From an uncultured virus (IMG/VR IMGVR_UViG_3300048606_000139) (taxonomy: Duplodnaviria > Heunggongvirae > Uroviricota > Caudoviricetes), in the IMG/VR virus record IMGVR_UViG_3300048606_000139: a stretch of DNA of 20,000 bases. One strand, written 5' to 3'. Position 1 is the first letter of the stretch, and each line of letters opens with the position of its first letter. Below, piece after piece: positions 14,401-20,000 of the stretch. Position numbers and translations under genes: made by a program. A model generated the notes under the pieces. That model worked only from the letters and a program-made list of their open reading frames with translations. It made no database searches and was not told the origin of the DNA.

Positions 14401-16386
14401 TCCGACCTTCGCCGGCATGTCGGCAGCCGCGAGGCCGTCGATGACGTGGATCGCCACGGCCCAGTCGCCGGGCACCGTGAGCGAATATTCGTCGACCGGA
14501 AAACGGGCTGCGGCGCAGGTCCCGCACGGATAGCTGCAAAGGCCTTTGTCCGACTCCGGGCAACCTCCGACGGGCGGTTTGACGATGCTCGCTTTGGCTC
14601 CCGAAGTGAAGACGGGGTGAATGGCGATCGACGAGGCGCCGACGGTGCCAACCGCCACACCGGTGGCGTCGAGGTGGAGCGTGCCCCCCGTGTTAGCGTG
14701 GAAGTTCACGTACATGTTCCGGCTCGCCGCGCTCGTGTGAACGCGGTCGATGAGCACGACTTCGCCCTCCGGCAAAAAGACCCACTCTCGGTGGGCGTAG
14801 CGAACGTCACTCGGCGTTCCGTTGAAGTCGAAGGCATGCGCAAATTCCGCCCGCGCAGCGAACACGGCGTCGCTGGTTCCGCGGGACCACGGCAAGCTCG
14901 CCACCGTCCACGGCGTCTGCGTTTTCGCGTAGTCGCCGGGCGTCACGGACGCGTCGGCGGAGACAGCGTTGGTTTCGAATGTCGCGTAGTCGCCGTAGTT
15001 CGAGCTGTCGACGATGAGATGATCGCCACCGCGACTGAACACGAAGTTCGAGGCTGCGAGGTGTGCGTGGTCGCCGTTCGCGAGCCCCGACATGAAGATG
15101 CCGAAGTACGCGCTCTCGCTCCAGTCCGTGCGAACGTACATGTTGCCGGCGCCGCGCGCGAGGTACCAGAGCGGCATGGGCGGCGTTTGCATCCGATAGT
15201 CCTTGGCCGTCACCTGTCGGAGCTCGCCGAGCGCGTCCCAGAAATAGCCGCCGTTGCCGACGCCTTTTTGTTGCTTCAGAAATAGCGCCCAGCTCGCCGC
15301 ATCGTCGCTCGATGGACCCAGGAGAATCGCGTCCGCCTGGACTGCGCTGAGCTTCTGATAGGGCTGCTCGGAATCGAAGTCGCCGTTGCCGAAAAACTGC
15401 CCGTCGTCTAAGCGCGGGAGCACGCCGTGGGCATAGCGCACGGCAAGCGCATTCACCCACGCATCCATTTCTGGCTGCGCAGCGCCGTGTTCTTCGAGCG
15501 CGCGGGTCATCACTGCGTACTCAGCGACGCTGAGCGGTCCGTATTGCCAGCTTCCCCAATCCCCGCCGACCATGAGACCTGCAGGTCCGGAAGCGGTCGC
15601 TTGCCCGCCGAGCGCTGTCTTCACCAGTTGATCGGCGAAGATGTCGTGAAGGGTTTCGGTCCACAGATGCCCGTCGGCGCCGCCGTCCGTGCCAATCGCA
15701 ATTGAAGCGAGCGTTTTTCCTACCGCATAGCCGGCGTGATAGTTGTGACCCGGATCCTTGTTCAGATACCCGCGGAGCGTGTAGTTATCGATCCAGGCCG
15801 TCAGGCACGTTCGCGTCTGCCCGCGCAAGGCGTCGTCCACGCCGGAAGCGTCGTAGAGCCAGTCATAAACGAGGGAGAGAAACGGCCCGTACCAGCGCAT
15901 CGGGTAACCGGTGTCGTGAGTCGCGGTCACGAGAATCGGTGGCGGTGGATAGTCGCCGTTCCATTGATGCCGCCAGTCGAACGTCGCATTCGCTGGCGTG
16001 CAGCCCAGCTTGTCGCCGATCTTCTGATCGTCGTTGAGTGCGGTTTTCCAATAGAGCAGCGCCTGGGTCAGGTACTTGGCGTCCCCTATCGCCTTATACG
16101 CAAACGCACAAGCCAGGGCCGCGCCGGGCCAATTGTCGCCGTCCGCGCCCCCGCGCTCCGTGTAGAACTCGGGATGGTCGATCGTCTCCTGGCAACGCTT
16201 GACGAGCTGGGCGGCCGCCGTCCCGGGTGCAGCGACGTTCTTTTTGAACCCTTCCAGGTTCGCCGGGGTCATGAAAAGCCGCGGGTGAGCGCCCGATGGT
16301 GTAGGTGGATCTGCGGCACGAGCCTCTAGCGCAAACAACACCAGTGCCGAGGCCCCCAACAGCGTGACCCTTTGCCGCAACGTCAT
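11464..16386 (-). CDS. 1640-aa secreted/surface protein: heparinase/alginate-lyase-like region + MYXO-CTERM, then lipoprotein-like signal, G/S linker, Ig-like domains and right-handed beta-helix
   Basis: Signal peptide ..ARA-ADPP; HPRLF, YDWLY, HNY, VRTDW and DHAH motifs; SGCGCR..TM..RRR; ..ALSAC; ISPKTATVKAGATQAFT Ig domain; VEHNIF/RYNLL/IHHNVL/YNNT/RNNVF/DYNCF beta-helix; SPLVDSG..DIGA. Confidence 0.85.
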   Translation of the reverse strand: MTLRQRVTLLGASALVLFALEARAADPPTPSGAHPRLFMTPANLEGFKKNVAAPGTAAAQLVKRCQETIDHPEFYTERGGADGDNWPGAALACAFAYKAIGDAKYLTQALLYWKTALNDDQKIGDKLGCTPANATFDWRHQWNGDYPPPPILVTATHDTGYPMRWYGPFLSLVYDWLYDASGVDDALRGQTRTCLTAWIDNYTLRGYLNKDPGHNYHAGYAVGKTLASIAIGTDGGADGHLWTETLHDIFADQLVKTALGGQATASGPAGLMVGGDWGSWQYGPLSVAEYAVMTRALEEHGAAQPEMDAWVNALAVRYAHGVLPRLDDGQFFGNGDFDSEQPYQKLSAVQADAILLGPSSDDAASWALFLKQQKGVGNGGYFWDALGELRQVTAKDYRMQTPPMPLWYLARGAGNMYVRTDWSESAYFGIFMSGLANGDHAHLAASNFVFSRGGDHLIVDSSNYGDYATFETNAVSADASVTPGDYAKTQTPWTVASLPWSRGTSDAVFAARAEFAHAFDFNGTPSDVRYAHREWVFLPEGEVVLIDRVHTSAASRNMYVNFHANTGGTLHLDATGVAVGTVGASSIAIHPVFTSGAKASIVKPPVGGCPESDKGLCSYPCGTCAAARFPVDEYSLTVPGDWAVAIHVIDGLAAADMPAKVGSLNDDDFDPAPKKNAGVIGAAVYRQSKQTYVVASSAKDGAAGAMLTYSVPGASAARHVVYDAPEAMDATSSVTASVDANRCVINVRADAGGGMAGHPLMFQVAPASGGCTVKADTAVPAATPAPGGGIATSGTGGSVNMGGSGNAGGSSNAGGSGNIGGSRNSGAGGTGNAGAAGNAGASGHAGASSGNSSDSGCGCRISRGERRTPTPFSGFAIALALTLALRRRQSRRANRWHRAKLASVIITSVALSACARGGDALGDDARGGAGNTNTGGKTSGGAGGGISRGGDGTSAGRSGSTSAGASGSTSAGASGSTSGGVGGTSGGTGGRVVIAQVEISPKTATVKAGATQAFTTTVTGTDNHAVTFSATAGQITPAGLFTAPTTAGGYAITATSVADPAARAVAIVTVTDGKAVIDPFYTTPYVQVMTPMPDATYFAPATIRIWGHAPTQGGYAARLDFYLGTMLVGSAARSNMQDYYEVTVTGIAAGSYEIYARSDAGLESLHVPINVIDVPTHQGPTRDLTTDLVLSGTDNLEILGTASARALITSSNGSHIRSATGWKGHLTILYADVIGLGKMDDPGINVTAQGTNAIEISSSVFDRCGPLALRADGQAPMILRGNTFQPNMLTPVNSEADYAGSHPSITLSGNSSAQKFFQGNNVGVSFIRFDSSHWLVGGDHDADGNILLGVRAGMEFDNSGDDTLRGNFSYHRYPYAWSQGHNLDFEGSSTATSLVEHNIFRGSSWMIQSMNGDFRYNLLVDNINEAFFRYTAKGTKIHHNVLVNVGYQRQYSPSGGLYFLGDSTGLYNNTMDVGGKRLGWVESTAVRPSSGGRARNNVFTGFAYDNPNDVFAATDKDNPGDWAQADYNCFYNPDTKDLTRYANAAFGAHDCGGSAGSADPKFAQARIIPFPFGDGDIWQRRVTVSQILSFYRGMYTPLADSPLVDSGDPTDDTGGARNTDIGAVGAGNPHPDDQFGTFGK
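13452..13533. repeat. 24-bp coding tandem repeat (GASGSTSA-type linker, ~3.5 copies)
   Basis: CGGACGTGCTGCCGCTCGCACCGG repeated with variants. Confidence 0.75.
13933..13990. repeat. 18-bp coding tandem repeat (GGSGNA-type linker, ~3 copies)
   Basis: GTTGC(C/T)CGAGCCGCC(C/T).. repeated. Confidence 0.65.
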
Positions 16387-16508
16387 AGGTCGTCATGGAT
16401 GACGGTGGCCTTTGGGATCGCGAAATCGCGCGTTCTGTCGGGTTTGGGTTTCCGCGCGGGGCTAGGATTAGTTTGTAACGTTCGGGCTGCCACGTGCTCT
16501 GTCTGAGC

Positions 16509-17978
16509 ATGGAAGCCACGATTCCAAATCACCGGCGGCCCGCCGGCGGCCGTACTCTTGCCGCCGTCGCAGCTACGTCATGGACATGCATTGCACTGCT
16601 CGGCTGCGACACCAAGTCGGAGTCGACCGGCCACAACGCCATCGACAGCGGCGGAAAAGCCGCGGCGTGTGCGGGGAACGGCGACGCTACGAGTCGAGAC
16701 AGCGGTAGCCCCGCGCTGGTCGACGCCGGAAAGGACGCTGGCCAGCCCAGCGCGGCCGATCCGGCGCTCGAGAGCGCCCGACGCATGATCGAAGAGGGGC
16801 GCAAGACGTTCCGCTTCGACACGTTCGGCGACGAGGCGTTTTGGGGCGACGCGCTCAAGCTGCATCGCGCCATCGCGGGCGAAGCCAACGGCGGCGTCGG
16901 CCCCGGACTTAGCCCGAAGGCCGCGCTCGAGGCGGGACTCAAAGTGGATGTCCAGGCCGTGCCCGCCGCGGTGGCCGACGCGCTCGCGCAGGGCAAGGTG
17001 GACCTCGATGATCCGAAGTCGACCTTGGTGCTATTGAAGGCCAATGCGGTCGTCGGCGTGACCGGCGTCTTTACGCAGGACACGCTCACATCGATCGGCA
17101 TCCAGTGCGCGCTGTGTCACTCGAGCGTGGACGACTCCTTTGCTCCCGGCATCGGTAAGCGAATTGACGGGGCGCCGAACCGCGATCTGAATGTGGGCGC
17201 AATCGTATCGATGGCACCGGACTTGAGTGCAGTGACTGCGCTACTCGGCGTCGACCTCGCGACGCTGAAGGCCGTGCTCGCGAGCTGGGGACCGGGCAAG
17301 TTCGATGCGGAAGTGTTTCTCGATGGCAAAGCGATGCGGCCGGATGGCCAGAGTGCCGCAACGCTCATACCGCCTGCCTACGGTCTCGCCGGAGTAAACC
17401 TTCATACCTATACGGGGTGGGGCTCGGTGACGTATTGGAACGCGTTCGTCGCGAATCTCGAAATGCATGGCCAAGGCACGTTCATCGACAAGCGACTCGA
17501 CGACGACCGTTTTCCCGTGGCAAAGCGCGCCGGCATGGCCGAGGTGCGCACGCCACCGGATCGCGACCGCATCACACCGAAGCTCGCGAGTCTTCATTTC
17601 TATCAGCTCGCACTCGAGGCACCCCGGCCGAACGCCAGTAGCTACGATGCGGCCGCCGCCAAGCGCGGCGATGGGCTCTTCGAAGGCAAAGCCCATTGCG
17701 CTGACTGTCACGTACCGCCGCTGTACACCGAGCCGGGATGGAACATGCACACGCCCGCCGAGATTGGCATCGACGACTTTCAGGCGCAGCGCTCGCCCGA
17801 TCAGCGCTACCGCACGACGCCGCTGCGTGGCGTGGCTTCGCACGCAAAAGGCGGCTTCTATCATGATGGTCGCTTCCCGACACTGCTCGATGTGGTCGAT
17901 CACTACGACAAGCTAGGGTCGCTCGGTTTGAGCGCGTCAGAGAAATCCGACATCGTCGAGTACTTGAAATCGATATGA
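16509..17978 (+). CDS. Di-heme cytochrome c lipoprotein (bCcP/MauG-like superfamily, function unknown)
   Basis: Lipobox LLGC; CALCH and CADCH; GRKTFRFDTFGDE; YRTTPLRG..FYHDGRFPTLLDVVDHY..DIVEYLKSI. Confidence 0.85.
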   Translation: MEATIPNHRRPAGGRTLAAVAATSWTCIALLGCDTKSESTGHNAIDSGGKAAACAGNGDATSRDSGSPALVDAGKDAGQPSAADPALESARRMIEEGRKTFRFDTFGDEAFWGDALKLHRAIAGEANGGVGPGLSPKAALEAGLKVDVQAVPAAVADALAQGKVDLDDPKSTLVLLKANAVVGVTGVFTQDTLTSIGIQCALCHSSVDDSFAPGIGKRIDGAPNRDLNVGAIVSMAPDLSAVTALLGVDLATLKAVLASWGPGKFDAEVFLDGKAMRPDGQSAATLIPPAYGLAGVNLHTYTGWGSVTYWNAFVANLEMHGQGTFIDKRLDDDRFPVAKRAGMAEVRTPPDRDRITPKLASLHFYQLALEAPRPNASSYDAAAAKRGDGLFEGKAHCADCHVPPLYTEPGWNMHTPAEIGIDDFQAQRSPDQRYRTTPLRGVASHAKGGFYHDGRFPTLLDVVDHYDKLGSLGLSASEKSDIVEYLKSI

Positions 17979-18017
17979 GGGCTTGCGCTTTCGTAATCGG
18001 CGAGTACGTAAGCCCGC

Positions 18018-18728
18018 ATGGCGAAGCCCGGCGCTGCGGACTCGATAGAGAGCGACGAACACCTCTTGGAAAGCGTGCGGCGCGGCGAGGTTTCGCGTTT
18101 CTCAGTACTGGTCCAGCGTCACAATCGTAGCTTGTATCGAGTTGCGCGTTCGATTGTCCGCGACGAGCACGAGGCCGAAGACGTCGTGCAACAGACGCAC
18201 GTCTCGGCCTTCATGCACCTGCACCAGTTCGAGGGTCGCTGCAAGTTCTCGACTTGGCTCGCGCGCATCGCCACCCATGAGGCGCTTTCGCGGCTTCGCC
18301 GGCGGCAACGCGTCAGCGCGTTTGCGGATGACGGCGCGTCGGGCACGCCTTCCGCGCCCGTGCTCGGCACACCGGAGGAGCTGGTGTCGCGGAGCGAGCT
18401 GGCCCGGGCCATCGAGTCCGCGATCGACGAGCTACCGCACCCGCATCGAACCGCGTTCGTACTTCGACACGTCGAAGGCCTCGACACCGGTGAGGCCGCC
18501 GCATGGCTCGGCGTGAGCGAAGCGAATCTCCGAGTCCTGCTCCACCGAGCGCGCCTCTTGCTGCAGGCTCGCATCCTCGAGCAAGTGCAGGCGACCGCGG
18601 ACGAAGTGTTCACGTTCGGCGGCGAACGCTGCGCGCGCGTCACGAGCTACGTGCTCCTCGCAGTGTCGAATCGTGCGGCTCCGCCGCCACCGGCGGGAAC
18701 GCGTCGTCCAAGTTTTAATCGCGCGTAG
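18018..18728 (+). CDS. ECF RNA polymerase sigma factor with C-terminal FxFxGxRC extension (ECF29-like)
   Basis: Sigma2 LYRVARSIVRDEHEAEDVVQ..FSTWLARIA; sigma4 FVLRHVEGLDTGEAA..LLHRAR; tail FTFGGERCARV; no anti-sigma gene adjacent. Confidence 0.9.
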   Translation: MAKPGAADSIESDEHLLESVRRGEVSRFSVLVQRHNRSLYRVARSIVRDEHEAEDVVQQTHVSAFMHLHQFEGRCKFSTWLARIATHEALSRLRRRQRVSAFADDGASGTPSAPVLGTPEELVSRSELARAIESAIDELPHPHRTAFVLRHVEGLDTGEAAAWLGVSEANLRVLLHRARLLLQARILEQVQATADEVFTFGGERCARVTSYVLLAVSNRAAPPPPAGTRRPSFNRA

Positions 18729-18795
18729 TTCGCCCCGACGCCACCGGGCGTGCTGTGGGGAGCATTTTCTCGCGATCGAGCGTAGAAGGAGACGC

Positions 18796-19830
18796 ATGAT
18801 CTACCAGTTCAGTCTCCTCGAACGTGTCCTGCTCGCCAGCAACGTCATCCCGCACCCGATGACGGACGGGGTGATCTCGATGGGGCTGTCCAGCGCATTG
18901 TGTGCGGCGGTCAAGCTGGGCATCACCGATGCGCTCGGCGTGACACCACAATCCGCAAAACACATCGCCATGCAGAGATCGCTGGATGAACGCGGCACCG
19001 AGACCGTCCTCGATTGTATGGAGGCACTTGGCTACGTGAAAAAATCGAGCGATCAGTATGCGCTCACCAAGCGCGGACAGAAATATCTTTCCAAATCGTC
19101 GCCGGATAGCTTTCTCGATTTCATCCGTTTCGCCGACTGGCTTCACCGTTCGTTCTCCACGTTGGAGGATACGATCCGCGGCAACGGAAAACCCGCGATG
19201 AATCTGGACACCATGTCCGACCACGAATGGGGATTGTTCAGCCGCGCGATGATCAACCTGGCCACGACCAACGTGATGGAGGTGACGGGCGCGATTCGTC
19301 TGCCTGGCACGGCACGAAGGCTGATCGATCTTGGCGGATCTCACGGACTGTACAGCATTCACCTCTGTAAGAAGTATTCGCAACTCACCGCCATCGTCGC
19401 TGACATGGAGCCCGTGAGGCAGTACACGGACGAGATGATCGCCAAACACGGCATGCAGAAGCGCGTGACGTTCATGCCGGTGGACTTCTTGAAGCAAGAC
19501 ATCGGCGAAGGGCACGACGTCGCCCTGGCGTTCAACATCATTCACGGTCACGACAACGATTTGAACGTTGGCTTCTTTGACAAGGTCTACAAATCGTTGA
19601 CCGCAAACGGGTACTTCATCCTGCTGGATCAGATCAAGGGCACCGGCGGCAGCACTCAACTCTCACGCGCGACCACTTCGTTCATGGCAATCAACCTGCT
19701 CCACCAAGCACATGGAAACACGTACACCTTCGACGAGGTCAAGGCGTGGGGTGTGAAAGCAGGCTTCAAAGGGTTCCAGTTGAAGAAGCTCCACGCTCCG
19801 GGTTTTGCGCTGATCATTTGCAAAAAATAG
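18796..19830 (+). CDS. SAM-dependent O-methyltransferase with N-terminal dimerisation domain
   Basis: AAGGAG SD + ATG 18796; AVKLGITDAL; LIDLGGSHG motif I; VDFL..DVALAFNIIH; GNTYT. Confidence 0.9.
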   Translation: MIYQFSLLERVLLASNVIPHPMTDGVISMGLSSALCAAVKLGITDALGVTPQSAKHIAMQRSLDERGTETVLDCMEALGYVKKSSDQYALTKRGQKYLSKSSPDSFLDFIRFADWLHRSFSTLEDTIRGNGKPAMNLDTMSDHEWGLFSRAMINLATTNVMEVTGAIRLPGTARRLIDLGGSHGLYSIHLCKKYSQLTAIVADMEPVRQYTDEMIAKHGMQKRVTFMPVDFLKQDIGEGHDVALAFNIIHGHDNDLNVGFFDKVYKSLTANGYFILLDQIKGTGGSTQLSRATTSFMAINLLHQAHGNTYTFDEVKAWGVKAGFKGFQLKKLHAPGFALIICKK

Positions 19831-19879
19831 CCGCTGCTGCGAGCGGCAGCTGAATCGCTGACTATGCTCTGACTGCCGC

Positions 19880-19999
19880 TCAGAACAGCGAGAGCTGGCC
19901 CGAGCCCGTGCCTGCCGCTGAGGGCGGCGAAGGCTCAGGTTCGGCGGCGGGGTCCGGTTCGCTCGGTGCGACTGTGACGTCGAACGTGGCGATGACTGG
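19880..19999 (-). CDS. 3' end of a gene entering from the right, ending in QLSLF
   Basis: Minus frame reads PVIATFDVTVAPSEPDPAAEPEPSPPSAAGTGSGQLSLF*, converging on the methyltransferase. Confidence 0.55.
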   Translation of the reverse strand, partial: PVIATFDVTVAPSEPDPAAEPEPSPPSAAGTGSGQLSLF

Positions 20000-20000
20000 G

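Noticed and set aside
19831..19890. Hairpin containing GCAGCTGAA as another attC or an intrinsic terminator
   Set aside because: No AAC/GTT core boxes and no U-tract; at most a stem between convergent genes.

Overview
High-GC DNA that looks myxobacterial (Polyangiaceae-like, judged from a MYXO-CTERM tag and a Sorangium-type HTH-CxxC regulator). It has four parts. (1) 1-~5000: a prophage accessory/early operon of about 16 small, translationally coupled minus-strand genes. It includes an apparently catalytically dead Mu gpI-type prohead protease homologue, a divergent small tail-protein homologue and a multidomain protein with a Tad2/DUF2829-like motif. Several genes are bracketed by duplicated start/stop junction sequences. 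(2) 5003-8553: a 3.55 kb IS1-family cargo-carrying element bounded by GGTAGTGGCCC(C/A)TTTTCAA terminal inverted repeats. It carries a HipA-like kinase + DUF3037 pair, a conserved hypothetical gene, an RHH gene and an HTH gene. (3) 8554-~10900: a decaying integron cassette array with no integrase in the window. Its first attC is cut by the IS end, and it holds a PIN/RHH toxin-antitoxin cassette and an orphan AbrB/MazE antitoxin. (4) 10900-20000: host genes: a YciI/DGPF protein, a 1640-aa surface protein with an internal MYXO-CTERM followed by a second lipoprotein signal (possible polyprotein), a di-heme cytochrome c lipoprotein, an ECF sigma factor, an O-methyltransferase and the 3' end of a gene ending in a QLSLF clamp-binding motif. 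All family assignments come from recognising motifs by eye; no searches were run.
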